From Methylococcaceae bacterium (GTDB lineage: Bacteria > Pseudomonadota > Gammaproteobacteria > Methylococcales > Methylomonadaceae), in the NCBI GenBank assembly GCA_013141155.1, contig JABFRM010000145.1, positions 6,042 to 70,041 of the forward strand: a DNA stretch of 64,000 nucleotides, read 5' to 3'. Position numbers and translations under genes: made by a program. Shown here piece by piece: positions 39,267 to 49,486 of the stretch. A model generated the notes under the pieces. That model was not told the origin of the DNA, searched no databases, and saw only the letters and a program-made list of their open reading frames with translations. Position 1 is the stretch's first letter. Each line of letters starts with the position of its first letter.

Positions 39267-39833
39267 CTATTCGCAACGGCTTAATTGATCACGGTAATTA
39301 TTCGCACGCCACGCGACTTTTTTAGCAGTACGCATTAACCAGTCTTTTTTCAGAAAGGTTTGACGTGCATAGCCACCATGCCCTTCATGGTAGGCTAAAT
39401 ACAAATTGCTCGCATCCCATTTTGATACATTCAGCTTTTGGTAGCTAAGATTACAATACCAACCAATAAAATCGGAAGCATCTGCGAAATTATCACGATC
39501 AGCACTGGCTCGGTGTGAGTGATGAAGAAAATGTTCCCAGGTTTCATCTTTCGCCTGCGCATAACCAAAGGCACTGCTCTGGATTTCGCGAGCGGGATTA
39601 AAAGGAGGGCGGGCATCCGCAATAAAGCTGGACTCTTGAAACATAATCGCCATTTGCACATGCACCGGCACCCCCCACCTCTGTTGCGTAGCCAAAGCAG
39701 CGTCATACCAATCGCCTTGCTCACTAAAGAGTGCACAAATATTTTCTTTATTTTGCGGCGGAGTGATACTGCACGCATTGATCAGCAGCAACAAAATAGC
39801 AAGGCATAATCGAGGGGTTAATACGTTTCGCAT
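39267..39833 (-). CDS. Lipoprotein, possible SLT-like lytic transglycosylase family
   Basis: It has a lipobox (LLINAC), and a MFQESSF segment resembles the catalytic Glu-Ser motif of SLT domains. The family call is weak. Confidence 0.45.
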   Translation of the reverse strand: MRNVLTPRLCLAILLLLINACSITPPQNKENICALFSEQGDWYDAALATQQRWGVPVHVQMAIMFQESSFIADARPPFNPAREIQSSAFGYAQAKDETWEHFLHHSHRASADRDNFADASDFIGWYCNLSYQKLNVSKWDASNLYLAYHEGHGGYARQTFLKKDWLMRTAKKVAWRANNYRDQLSRCE

Positions 39834-40130
39834 AAATATAATGGCTTAAAATATAGCGTACGATGATAAAACTTATAAAATGCTAAAGTCAAATTTTGAA
39901 TTCTGGCCATAACCCAAAAAAATTGTTAAGTAACGCCCCATGCACTTGAAATACAATTAAAATATGAAAAAAACCCTCACAATTCATACAATAATTAATA
40001 TGTTACGCTGTAATATTTGTATTTTATATCAATTTTTACTATTTTAAACTTGCAGGATTTAGGTAATTTACTATACTTAGGTACCTAGAGGTGTGCTTTA
40101 AATTCATTATCATCAATACAGGTTTCCGCC

Positions 40131-40736
40131 ATGTCAGAAAGTAGGCAATATTACCGCAAGAATTTAACCTCGCATGGCTTCATCTACTTAGCGGGTGAGG
40201 AGCTGAAGATTGAAGTTAAAAACTTTTCAATAACTGGCTTGCTAGTTGAGTTGCTGCCTAATCCATTCATTAACGATATTACTGACTTTTATCGCGCGAT
40301 TGAATCAAACAATCTGGTCGATATTTATTTGGAAGAAATGCGCCTGGCTGGCGAAGTTTCTGTAGTCCGCGCGGACATGGTGGATGAGGGTCTGCAAGTT
40401 GCGATGGAATTCGTGCATATTTCTTACGATGTCGATGCGATTTTTTATAAACGCAAAGCGTATCGTAAAAGTTTAGTCGAGCCTGGAGAGATTTTTTTGA
40501 ATGGTTCATTACATCCTTTCAAGACGGTGAATGCTTCCGTTAATGGCTTAATGATCTATTTTGAAGGCAAAATAACGGCAACTTCGGGATTAATAACCAC
40601 GATTGAAATCGAAAGTGCACAGTTATCTGGAGAAACTGAAATCGTGTGGGTAGAGGATGATCCTGAAGGGGGAACCTTAATGGGCTTAAATTACATCCAC
40701 ATGCAAAAGGATAGCGGATCATCCGTTACGCCTTAA
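40131..40736 (+). CDS. Tandem (double) PilZ-domain protein, c-di-GMP receptor candidate
   Basis: Two RxxxR...(D/N)xSxxG motif pairs are present: RQYYR (aa 5-9) with NFSITG (31-36), and RKAYR (108-112) with NASVNG (134-139). Confidence 0.75.
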   Translation: MSESRQYYRKNLTSHGFIYLAGEELKIEVKNFSITGLLVELLPNPFINDITDFYRAIESNNLVDIYLEEMRLAGEVSVVRADMVDEGLQVAMEFVHISYDVDAIFYKRKAYRKSLVEPGEIFLNGSLHPFKTVNASVNGLMIYFEGKITATSGLITTIEIESAQLSGETEIVWVEDDPEGGTLMGLNYIHMQKDSGSSVTP

Positions 40737-40756
40737 CTCAACAATAGGTTAAATGT

Positions 40757-41392
40757 ATGCCAGAACACCAACGCTATTATCGCAAAGCTTTAACGACCAA
40801 AGGTTTAATTTATTTAGCAGGTGCAGAGCTGGAAATAGCGGTTAAAAATTTTTCGGTAACTGGCCTATTGGCTGAACTCTTAAGTAATTCGGTAATTCAT
40901 AATGTAACCGATTTATTTAAAGCCATTGAAAACTCCTCTTCGTTAGTGGACATTTATTTGCCGGACATGCGCCTCGCTGGTGAAGTACGAATTGCGCGCG
41001 CGGATATGCTGGATGAAGGTGAAGGATCGCTGTTAATGGCATTGGAGTTCATCCACATCGCCTATGACATTGATGCGGTTTTTTATAAACGCAAGGTGTA
41101 TCGTAAAAACATAGAGGCCACAGGAAGTATTTTTTTAAATGGGCGTAAGCATTCATTTAAGACCATTAACGTTTCTGTCGAAGGCTTAATGATTTCCCTA
41201 CCAGGTAAAATTGACTTTATCGCCGGATTGGTTGCCGCTTTTGAATTTGAATACTTAGGCTTATTAGGCGAAGTCGAAGTGATGTGGATAGATGACGATG
41301 CCAATGACGGAACCTTAATGGGCTTAAGGTATGTGCGCATGGAAAAAGAATCTATTAAAGGTATTCCCAGCTTCTCTAAAATAGCGGCCTAA
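40757..41392 (+). CDS. Tandem (double) PilZ-domain protein, paralog of the upstream gene
   Basis: By eye it is about 55-60% identical to the 40131..40736 product. Its motifs are QRYYR (first Arg displaced by one) with NFSVTG, and RKVYR with NVSVEG. Confidence 0.75.
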   Translation: MPEHQRYYRKALTTKGLIYLAGAELEIAVKNFSVTGLLAELLSNSVIHNVTDLFKAIENSSSLVDIYLPDMRLAGEVRIARADMLDEGEGSLLMALEFIHIAYDIDAVFYKRKVYRKNIEATGSIFLNGRKHSFKTINVSVEGLMISLPGKIDFIAGLVAAFEFEYLGLLGEVEVMWIDDDANDGTLMGLRYVRMEKESIKGIPSFSKIAA

Positions 41393-41409
41393 TCTAACCG
41401 CTCTGAGCC

Positions 41410-42435
41410 TTACCTCAGCGGTAAGGTTTGCGTTTGGCGATTTTGCCAAAAAGTATTGGACATGGCTTGTGCCGCATCCAATGAATCAGCCTTACCTAAT
41501 AGCCGCAGCGCGACCGCACAGGTGCCAGTAATACTGGCTAGCGCAAATTCCTCTTCCTGCTTACCCTGCCACACCCTTAAAAGCGCCTGTGGATCTAAAT
41601 GCTCAGCTTTTACATGCCTATGTTCAAATAAAGCGGGCCAGTGTTCATCCGATAAGATGCCTTCATGTACACTTTGCACCAAACAAGTCATATCAGGATT
41701 ACGTTCGGTTTCCCCTCCCTCACCTTTTAACACCGCCATGTGCTGCTGACCAAGTTGCGCGGCGGCGAGCTGATGCACCGCACGATAACTGGGATGAAAA
41801 ATCCCTTGAATGCTATAAGGCGCATTAAAAGGATTTAACAGCCTAACCAAAGTATGTACCGGCGAGCGCAAGCCCATCAAGTTGCGCAATTCAATAATGT
41901 CATACAGCTTTGGGCTAATGATTTGCAAAGGCAAATAACAAAAATTGTACTGTTGCAGGTGTTGTTCTGCCTCCTGAAAAGACTGCGCGGTTTTAATCCC
42001 TAACTGCTGCAACACCTCCTCGGTATACAATCTGCCCTCTGTTTGCCCAGCGGAACCGTGCATAAACACTTTAATGCCATTTTCGCTCAACAGTAAGGCC
42101 GCTAATAAAAACCACGGTAAATGCCGCCGCTTTCCGGCATAAGATGACCAATCCAAATCAACCTGAGTCGTTTCTGCGACCACGGGTAAAGATTCACGCG
42201 CCGCTTGCACAAACCCAACCAGCTCTTCGGCGGTTTCTTCTTTAATGCGCATCAGCATCAAAAATGCCCCCAATTGCTCAGGCTCAACCGCATGGCTTAA
42301 AATCATCTGCATAGCACGGTAGGCTTCATCTAGCGTCAAATCACGCGCGCCTTTTTTGCCTTTGCCTAAAATACGAATAAATTCAGCAAAAGGATGTGCC
42401 GGTACACGGGTTTGCTCATGATGCCCTATATTCAT
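41410..42435 (-). CDS. YbiB/TrpD2-family protein (anthranilate phosphoribosyltransferase-like, nucleic-acid binding)
   Basis: The N-terminal region FIRILGKGKKGARDLTLDEAYRAMQMIL...LGAFLMLMRIKEETAEELVGF matches the YbiB-type GT3 fold pattern. Confidence 0.7.
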   Translation of the reverse strand: MNIGHHEQTRVPAHPFAEFIRILGKGKKGARDLTLDEAYRAMQMILSHAVEPEQLGAFLMLMRIKEETAEELVGFVQAARESLPVVAETTQVDLDWSSYAGKRRHLPWFLLAALLLSENGIKVFMHGSAGQTEGRLYTEEVLQQLGIKTAQSFQEAEQHLQQYNFCYLPLQIISPKLYDIIELRNLMGLRSPVHTLVRLLNPFNAPYSIQGIFHPSYRAVHQLAAAQLGQQHMAVLKGEGGETERNPDMTCLVQSVHEGILSDEHWPALFEHRHVKAEHLDPQALLRVWQGKQEEEFALASITGTCAVALRLLGKADSLDAAQAMSNTFWQNRQTQTLPLR

Positions 42436-43337
42436 AACGTAAACCTATAGTAATGATCACCCAATAAACCTGCAAATAAAACAGTAATGTAAACAATGGA
42501 ATACCAAAAAGTTTGCATAGCGGTTTTATTGCTTTTAGTTCGCATCATTAAGATAGCAAAACCCATAAAGCCCAACCCAAATAATACGGCGGTTGTCAGA
42601 TAAACCAGGCCACTCATGCCGGTTAGATACGGTAATAAAGTGACTAGCAACAACAAAATAGACCACAACAGAATTTGCAAGCGTGTATACGCTAAGCCAT
42701 GCGTAACCGGTAACATACGGATGCCATGTTCTTCATAAGCTTTTTTTAATTTATCATAACGGGCAATGGCCAACGGCCAGAAGTGCGGCGGCGTCCATAC
42801 AAATATAATTAACACCAGCAATAACCCATAAGGATGCACTTCATTGGTGATCGCCGTCCATCCCAGCAATGGCGGTGCTGAACCAAAAATCCCCCCAATG
42901 ACAATATTTTGTGAAGTCATTTTTTTAAGGAATGAGGTGTAAATGAAGGCATATCCTAGTAATGCAACAAAAGACAATGTCGCCGTTAAGCCATTGACTT
43001 TAAAAATCAAAATCAGCATGGACAAAACGCCCAAGATCACGGCAAAAATTATCGCCTGTTGCGGGCTAATGCGGCCACTGGGGATGGGACGGTGTGCATT
43101 CAGGTAAATATCCATATCACGTTCAACATACTGATTAACTGCCGCCGCTGAAGCCGCCGCCAAACCAATCCCAAACAGACCATACAATACTTTATCCAGC
43201 GTAGGGAAATCAGGTACCGCCAATAACATGCCCACCCATGCGGTAAATATCATCTCCGCAACCACATTAGGTTTACAAAGTTCAACATAGCTTTTCCAAA
43301 CTGGCGGATGAACAGATACAGATGAGGCGTTTATCAT
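42432..43337 (-). CDS. cyoE: Protohaem IX farnesyltransferase (haem O synthase)
   Basis: It is a UbiA-family polytopic protein with the NQYVERDMD (Asp-rich) motif and 8-9 TM helices. Confidence 0.9.
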   Translation of the reverse strand: MINASSVSVHPPVWKSYVELCKPNVVAEMIFTAWVGMLLAVPDFPTLDKVLYGLFGIGLAAASAAAVNQYVERDMDIYLNAHRPIPSGRISPQQAIIFAVILGVLSMLILIFKVNGLTATLSFVALLGYAFIYTSFLKKMTSQNIVIGGIFGSAPPLLGWTAITNEVHPYGLLLVLIIFVWTPPHFWPLAIARYDKLKKAYEEHGIRMLPVTHGLAYTRLQILLWSILLLLVTLLPYLTGMSGLVYLTTAVLFGLGFMGFAILMMRTKSNKTAMQTFWYSIVYITVLFAGLLGDHYYRFTL

Positions 43338-43437
43338 GGTTTAATCAATCCAATTTTCTTATTTATCGTATAGAATACAGGGAACACGTTATTTTTGAAA
43401 TAGCTCAACTCCCTAACATTGCCAACCAGAGGACATT

Positions 43438-44781
43438 ATGAAGTTTAAATCACTGTTGATTTTACCGTTTTGCTTACCCCTACTCGCAAATAGTGCTGAA
43501 GTAAAAGTGCAAGAACAAGTCTTGAAAAATGGCTTAAAGGTATTGGTTAAAGAAGATCATCGCTCCCCGGTAGTGGTATCACAGGTTTGGTATAAAGTGG
43601 GGTCGAGTTATGAACCTGGAGGCATTACCGGCGCTTCACACATGTTGGAACACATGATGTTTAAAGGCACCGACAAACATCCAGCAGGGGAATTTTCGCG
43701 CATTATTGCTGAAAACGGCGGTGATGAAAATGCCTTTACCGGTCGTGACTACACGGCCTATTTTCAGACTATGGATAAATCAAAATTACCCATTAGCTTT
43801 GAACTGGAAGCGGATCGTATGCGTAATCTGCATTTGTTGCCGGAAGAATTGGTCAAAGAATTAGAAGTGGTGCATGAAGAGCGACGGATGCGTACGGATG
43901 ATAAGCCGCGCGCCAAAACCGAAGAACATTTTATGGCGATGGCATTCAGTAACAGCCCATACAAACATCCAGTTATCGGTTGGCCAGCGGATATTGAAAA
44001 CTATAAAGTGCCTGATTTACAAGCCTGGTATCAGCGCTGGTATGCACCGAATAATGCAACTTTGGTGGTCATTGGTGATGTGCAAGCAGCAGAAGTATTC
44101 GCACTGGCGGAAAAATATTTTGGCGACTTAAAAACCAGCGAACTCAATCCGTTAAAACCGCAAACAGAAATAGAGCAATTGGGCGAACGCCGCATGACCA
44201 TTAAATTGCAGGCACAACTGCCTTATTTAATGATGGGTTATAAAGTGCCGACTTTAAAAACCGCCACCAATCCCGATGAAGCCTATGCTTTAGAAGTATT
44301 GGTAGGCGTTTTGGATGGTGGCAGTAGTGCGCGCTTGTCTTCTAAATTAGTGCGTGGCAAACAATTAGCGGTTTCAGCAGGTGCCGGTTATGATTTGACC
44401 GCACGCTTACCGGAATTATTTATGCTGGAAGGAACACCCGCTAAAGGCAAAAAACTACCTGAATTAGAACAAGCCTTTAAAAATGAAATTACCCTATTAC
44501 AAAAAGACCTCACCACGACCGCAGAATTAGATCGCGTCAAAGCACAAGTTTTGGCGCAATCAATTTATGAACAAGATTCCATGTTTTATCAAGGCATGAA
44601 GCTGGGCATGTTTGAAACCGTTGGTTTAGGTTGGCAAAAAGCCGATGAGTATGTCAACAAAATCAATCAGGTTACGCCTGAACAGGTTCGTGACGTGGCT
44701 AATAAATATTTATTGGAAGATCAATTAAATATTGTGTACATGCAACCGTTAGGAATGGCAAATAAAACGGCAGTGCAGTAA
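43438..44781 (+). CDS. M16-family zinc peptidase (active subunit)
   Basis: It has a signal peptide and the inverted zinc motif HMLEHMMFKGT (HxxEH). Confidence 0.9.
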   Translation: MKFKSLLILPFCLPLLANSAEVKVQEQVLKNGLKVLVKEDHRSPVVVSQVWYKVGSSYEPGGITGASHMLEHMMFKGTDKHPAGEFSRIIAENGGDENAFTGRDYTAYFQTMDKSKLPISFELEADRMRNLHLLPEELVKELEVVHEERRMRTDDKPRAKTEEHFMAMAFSNSPYKHPVIGWPADIENYKVPDLQAWYQRWYAPNNATLVVIGDVQAAEVFALAEKYFGDLKTSELNPLKPQTEIEQLGERRMTIKLQAQLPYLMMGYKVPTLKTATNPDEAYALEVLVGVLDGGSSARLSSKLVRGKQLAVSAGAGYDLTARLPELFMLEGTPAKGKKLPELEQAFKNEITLLQKDLTTTAELDRVKAQVLAQSIYEQDSMFYQGMKLGMFETVGLGWQKADEYVNKINQVTPEQVRDVANKYLLEDQLNIVYMQPLGMANKTAVQ

Positions 44782-44806
44782 TTAACACACGTTAATAGAG
44801 GTATCT

Positions 44807-45355
44807 ATGGCCTTACCACAACTAAAACCAGCAACGTACCAAGACTTATGCGCCGCGCCTGAACATTTAGTCGCGGAGCTTATCAAGGGTACTTTATATA
44901 CCAATCCCCGTCACGCACACGCATCTTCATCATTAGGTGGAGAGCTAATGACCCTTTTTGATAAAGGCAAAAATGGCCAGGGTGGCTGGTGGATTTTAGA
45001 TGAGCCAGAAATTCATTTAGGCTTTGACGTGGTGGTGCCGGATATAGCTGGTTGGCGACGCGAACGGATGCCACGCTTGCCTGATACGGCGTATTTTGAA
45101 CTGGCGCCCGATTGGGTGTGCGAAGTTCTATCGCCCGGCACCGCACGACAGGATCGGGCATTAAAAATGCCGATTTATGCCGCCCACGGCATGCTGCATA
45201 TTTGGCTGATTGATCCTCTACAACGCACGCTGGAAGCGTTTGAAAATACCTCGGGGAAATGGTTATTGCTACAGGTTTTGGAAAACGATAACGCGGTATC
45301 TTTACCGCCCTTTGACGCCATCAGTTTTAATCTAGCCGATTTATGGGCAGATTAA
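44807..45355 (+). CDS. Uma2-family (DUF820) PD-(D/E)XK-like endonuclease
   Basis: The pattern YQDLCAAPEHLVAELIKGTLY ... VVPDIAGWRRER ... APDWVCEVLSPGTARQDRALKMPIYAAHGMLHIWLIDP is typical of Uma2 proteins. Confidence 0.75.
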   Translation: MALPQLKPATYQDLCAAPEHLVAELIKGTLYTNPRHAHASSSLGGELMTLFDKGKNGQGGWWILDEPEIHLGFDVVVPDIAGWRRERMPRLPDTAYFELAPDWVCEVLSPGTARQDRALKMPIYAAHGMLHIWLIDPLQRTLEAFENTSGKWLLLQVLENDNAVSLPPFDAISFNLADLWAD

Positions 45356-45404
45356 CGGCTATTTCGCGCATTAAATACATTAAGCACTTTAATATTGGAT
45401 AAGT

Positions 45405-46736
45405 ATGATGACTAAAATTTTAGGATTACTCTTTTTATTACTCACCCAAGCGGTAAACGCTAAGGTAAACATTGAAAACTGGCAAACCACGCAAGGCAGT
45501 CAGGTGTATTTTATTCAAACCACGGGTTTACCAATGGTTGATGTGCAGGTGGTTTTTGATGCCGGTAGCGCCCGAGATGGACGGCAATTCGGTATTGCAG
45601 GCTTTACCGCAGCATTACTGGATACTGGCGCAGGCACATGGAACGCCGATGTCATTGCACAACGTCTGGAAAGTGTCGGTGCACAATTAGGCGCGGGCGT
45701 AACCACCGATATGGCGACAGTGTCACTACGCAGCTTAACCGAACCCAAGCTGTTAAATAGTGCCTTAGAAACCATGCAAACGGTACTCTCTAAACCACGC
45801 TTTACAGCCACCGATTTTAAACGCGATCTTAGTCGCACCTTGGCGGGATTAAAACAACGTGAAGAATCTCCTGCTGCGCAAGCAGATATTGCCTTTAATA
45901 AAGCGTTATATGGCGAGCATCCTTATGCACACGACAGCGATGGTGACCTTAAAACCGTAAGCGCCTTCACCGTCGCCAAAGTGCGGGATTTTTACCAACG
46001 TCATTATGTTGCAGCCAATGCGATGGTGGTGATGGTTGGTAATGTAGACAAACCACAAGCGACACAAATCGCCGAAAAACTCATGGCGAGCTTACCCGTA
46101 GGTCAAAAGCCAGCACCTTTGGCAGAAGTGGTGTTGCCTAAAAAAAACCCGCCGCAACACATCGAGTTCCCTTCTTCGCAAACCCATGTTTTAGTCGGCT
46201 TGCCTGTGTCTTTCCGGCAAGATCCCGATTATTTTACGCTTTATGTCGGCAATCATATCTTGGGCGGCAGCGGGTTAGTATCAAAATTATTTGATGAAAT
46301 TCGTGAAAAAAGGGGCTTAGCCTACAGTGCTTCCAGCCATTTTGCCGCCTATCTGAAACCCGGCCCATTTGAAATCAGTCTTCAAACCCGTAATGAAAAA
46401 ACCACGGAAGCGCTGGAAGTTTTAAATAAAACCCTCGCCGACTTTATTGATAACGGCCCGACAGAAGCCGCTTTAAAAGCCGCCAAACAAAATATTACCG
46501 GCGGCTTTGCCATGCGTTTTGATACCAACAAAGAATTGGCAGGCTATGCCGCCATGATCGGCTTCTACCACTTACCCTTAGATTATTTAGACACCTTCAC
46601 GCAAAAAATTGAACAGGTCAACGTTGCTGATATTAAAGCTGCTTTTAAACGCCGACTACCCGTTGATTTGTTACAAACCATCACCGTTGGTAAAACTGTT
46701 CCTCAAGCAGCGACGGTTAAAAGCAGTGCAAAATAA
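45405..46736 (+). CDS. M16-family peptidase-like protein (non-catalytic partner, no HxxEH)
   Basis: It has a signal peptide and an M16 fold pattern, but the zinc motif is absent. It pairs with the 43438 gene. Confidence 0.85.
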   Translation: MMTKILGLLFLLLTQAVNAKVNIENWQTTQGSQVYFIQTTGLPMVDVQVVFDAGSARDGRQFGIAGFTAALLDTGAGTWNADVIAQRLESVGAQLGAGVTTDMATVSLRSLTEPKLLNSALETMQTVLSKPRFTATDFKRDLSRTLAGLKQREESPAAQADIAFNKALYGEHPYAHDSDGDLKTVSAFTVAKVRDFYQRHYVAANAMVVMVGNVDKPQATQIAEKLMASLPVGQKPAPLAEVVLPKKNPPQHIEFPSSQTHVLVGLPVSFRQDPDYFTLYVGNHILGGSGLVSKLFDEIREKRGLAYSASSHFAAYLKPGPFEISLQTRNEKTTEALEVLNKTLADFIDNGPTEAALKAAKQNITGGFAMRFDTNKELAGYAAMIGFYHLPLDYLDTFTQKIEQVNVADIKAAFKRRLPVDLLQTITVGKTVPQAATVKSSAK

Positions 46737-47286
46737 ATTACGCATTATTGGCGGCGAATGGCGTAGTCGGGTCATTAGTTTTGATGATGACCCTGATTTG
46801 CGTCCAACCCCTGCGCGGGTGCGGGAAACACTTTTTAATTGGCTACAAGAAGACATAGCCGGTAGCCATTGCTTAGATTTATTTTCCGGCAGCGGTGCAT
46901 TGGGCTTTGAAGCGGCATCCAGGGGCGCGAAAAAGGTGACCTTGGTAGAAAACAATCCCAAAGCTTGCCTGAAGCTCCGAGCGAATGTCGAGCTGTTAAA
47001 AGCCACACAAGTGCAAGTGGTCAGCGGTGATGTACTACGCTATTTGGCGAGTGATGCTGAAACTTATGATTTGGTGTTTCTTGATCCACCGTTTGCGCAT
47101 AATTGCACCGTGGAAGTTTGCCATCTTTTAGAAGATAAGGGTTGGCTAAAACCCCATACCAAAATTTATGTAGAAACGCCTGCATCGCTTATTTTAAAAG
47201 GTTTACCGAAAAATTGGCAGGTATTACGCCACAAAACGGCGGGAGAGGTCGGGTATCACCTATTGGCGCATAAATCAAACAGCTGA
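46726..47286 (+). CDS. rsmD: 16S rRNA (guanine966-N2)-methyltransferase
   Basis: It carries LRIIGGEWRSRVISF, RPTPARVRETLFNWL, LDLFSGSGALGFEAASRGA and FLDPPF. The likely GTG start at 46726 is in frame within track ORF 46609 and overlaps the upstream stop. Confidence 0.85.
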   Translation: MQNKLRIIGGEWRSRVISFDDDPDLRPTPARVRETLFNWLQEDIAGSHCLDLFSGSGALGFEAASRGAKKVTLVENNPKACLKLRANVELLKATQVQVVSGDVLRYLASDAETYDLVFLDPPFAHNCTVEVCHLLEDKGWLKPHTKIYVETPASLILKGLPKNWQVLRHKTAGEVGYHLLAHKSNS

Positions 47287-47375
47287 CTGAGGATATTTTT
47301 GATACAGAAAGAATTCCTGCTGAAATATCACCCATACAATACTAATAATAAGATCTAATTTAAGGGGAATAAATC

Positions 47376-47981
47376 ATGAATGAGCAAGTAAAAAAAGTAT
47401 TTAATCTGTTTTTAATCGGGGTATTAGCGTTTCTGCCGGTTTTCTTAGTGACACAAATTGTTATTTTTGTTAAACGCTTGATGTCTAACACTTATGGCAT
47501 GGTATTTGGTTACACCGATAATGCGCTAATAACCATTATTTTATTTATATTTAGTTTTTTGGCATTCACCTACATTGGTCACCGCGTCAGAATAGGCAAA
47601 TCTTTTATCATTGAAATGATCGATGCCGTTATTGAACGTATCCCCTTGTTAAATAGCGTGTACCGTATCACCAAAAAAATCGTAGATATGTTTTCAGGCA
47701 GTGGTCAACAAGGTATGCGGGAAGTGGTCTATGTTGAATATCCAAAAGACGACGTATGGGTACCCGCTTATGTCACCAACAAAAACAAAGAGATGTATAT
47801 TTTATTTGTCCCCACCTCACCTAATCCTACCTCTGGTTTTACGGTGATTGTGCATGAATCAAAAGTGGTAAAATCAAAAATGGATATTGAAGAAGCCACC
47901 AGTTTTATCGTCAGTGTCGGGGTCGATTTTAATCGTATAGCTGAAATTACGAGCTTACCGCAATCAAATGCCCTGAGTTGA
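47376..47981 (+). CDS. DUF502-family membrane protein
   Basis: It has two N-terminal TM helices and the conserved PLLNSVYRITKKIV and PTSPNPTSGF motifs. Confidence 0.75.
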   Translation: MNEQVKKVFNLFLIGVLAFLPVFLVTQIVIFVKRLMSNTYGMVFGYTDNALITIILFIFSFLAFTYIGHRVRIGKSFIIEMIDAVIERIPLLNSVYRITKKIVDMFSGSGQQGMREVVYVEYPKDDVWVPAYVTNKNKEMYILFVPTSPNPTSGFTVIVHESKVVKSKMDIEEATSFIVSVGVDFNRIAEITSLPQSNALS

Positions 47982-48068
47982 CAAGAAGGGCCCTGGAGCA
48001 TCTGGTTAATCAGGAAAAGAATTAACGTAACTTTTTATGCTCATTTTAACTTAAGCAGGCAACGCTAA

Positions 48069-49475
48069 ATGACACTGCAAATATTTCGTACTAAACCGAT
48101 TCAAACTTCTGAAGATAGCGTCGACCAAGGTCTTAAACGCTGCCTGTCAGCTTGGGATCTGGCTTTTCTCGGTATTGGCGCTATTATCGGCACCGGTATT
48201 TTTGTGTTGACCGGCATCGCTGCTGCAACCCAAGCAGGGCCTGCGGTGGTGCTATCGTTTATTATTGCCGGTATTGCCTGTGCGTTTGCAGCGCTTTCCT
48301 ATGCCGAGTTATCGGCGGCAATAGGCGGTTGTGGCAGCGCTTATGGGTATAGTTATGCGGCTTTTGGGGAGCTGTGTGCGTTTATCATCGGCTGGGATTT
48401 ATTGCTGGAATATGGTATATCGGTCGCTGCGGTTGCTAATGGTTGGTCAGGTTATTTTAATAATGCACTAACAGCGATAGGCTTCCCGCTACCAGAAGCA
48501 TTAACCAAAGCACCGAAATTAGGTGGGTTAATTAATCTACCCGCGACAGTCATTATCCTGTTATTAATGGGCTTGCTGATCATGGGTGTAAAGCAAAGCG
48601 CCAAAGCCAACAATGCTATGGTGTTCGTTAAGCTAATTACCATCAGTATCTTTATCGGCGTGGCGATGTTTAATGTGCATCCCGAAAACTGGCATCCGTT
48701 TATGCCGTTCGGCTGGTTTGAAACGCTGCCTGACGGCAAAACCACTGGCGTATTAGCCGGTGCATCGCTGGTGTTTTTTGCTTATGTCGGTTTTGATGCG
48801 GTTTCCACGGCGGCTGAAGAGGCGCAAAATCCGCAACGCGACCTACCCTTTGGCATTATTACCTCGTTATTATTTTGCACGTTTGTGTACATCGTTGTTG
48901 CAGGTTTATTAACTGGCGTGGTTAATTACAAAGATTTAAATGTTTCTTCACCGGTTGCCCATGCCTTAACTCTAATTGGCTTTGATTGGGCGTCTGCCTT
49001 AATTTCAACAGGGGTTATTGCTGGCTTAACCACCGTTATGTTAGTGTTATACTATGGCTTGACACGAATTATTTTTGCCATGTCCCGTGACGGCTTGTTA
49101 TCGCCTTTTTTCAGCCAAGTGCATACCACCACACAAACGCCGGTGCGTGCGATTGTAGTATGCGGAATTTTTATGGCGTTGATTGCAGGCTTTATACCAC
49201 TGGGCGATCTGGCAGAGCTGGTTAATATCGGTACCTTGGCGGCGTTTGTATTGGTGTGTTTTGGGGCGCTGGTGTTACGCATCACCAAGCCGGATTTGCC
49301 CAGACCGTTCCGCACCCCATTCAGTCCCTTATTTCCTGCGTTAGGTATGCTGTCTTGTGGGGCATTGATGGCATTTTTACCGTCACTCACTTGGTTACGT
49401 TTTGTTATTTGGTTAACGATAGGCTTAATTGTGTATTTTGCTTATTCTATTCATAACAGTAAATTGGTTAAATAG
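48069..49475 (+). CDS. APC-superfamily amino-acid permease
   Basis: It has about 12 TM helices and an N-terminal LKRCLSAWDLAFLGIGAIIGTGIFVLTG signature region. Confidence 0.9.
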   Translation: MTLQIFRTKPIQTSEDSVDQGLKRCLSAWDLAFLGIGAIIGTGIFVLTGIAAATQAGPAVVLSFIIAGIACAFAALSYAELSAAIGGCGSAYGYSYAAFGELCAFIIGWDLLLEYGISVAAVANGWSGYFNNALTAIGFPLPEALTKAPKLGGLINLPATVIILLLMGLLIMGVKQSAKANNAMVFVKLITISIFIGVAMFNVHPENWHPFMPFGWFETLPDGKTTGVLAGASLVFFAYVGFDAVSTAAEEAQNPQRDLPFGIITSLLFCTFVYIVVAGLLTGVVNYKDLNVSSPVAHALTLIGFDWASALISTGVIAGLTTVMLVLYYGLTRIIFAMSRDGLLSPFFSQVHTTTQTPVRAIVVCGIFMALIAGFIPLGDLAELVNIGTLAAFVLVCFGALVLRITKPDLPRPFRTPFSPLFPALGMLSCGALMAFLPSLTWLRFVIWLTIGLIVYFAYSIHNSKLVK

Positions 49476-49486
49476 GTCGTTATAGA

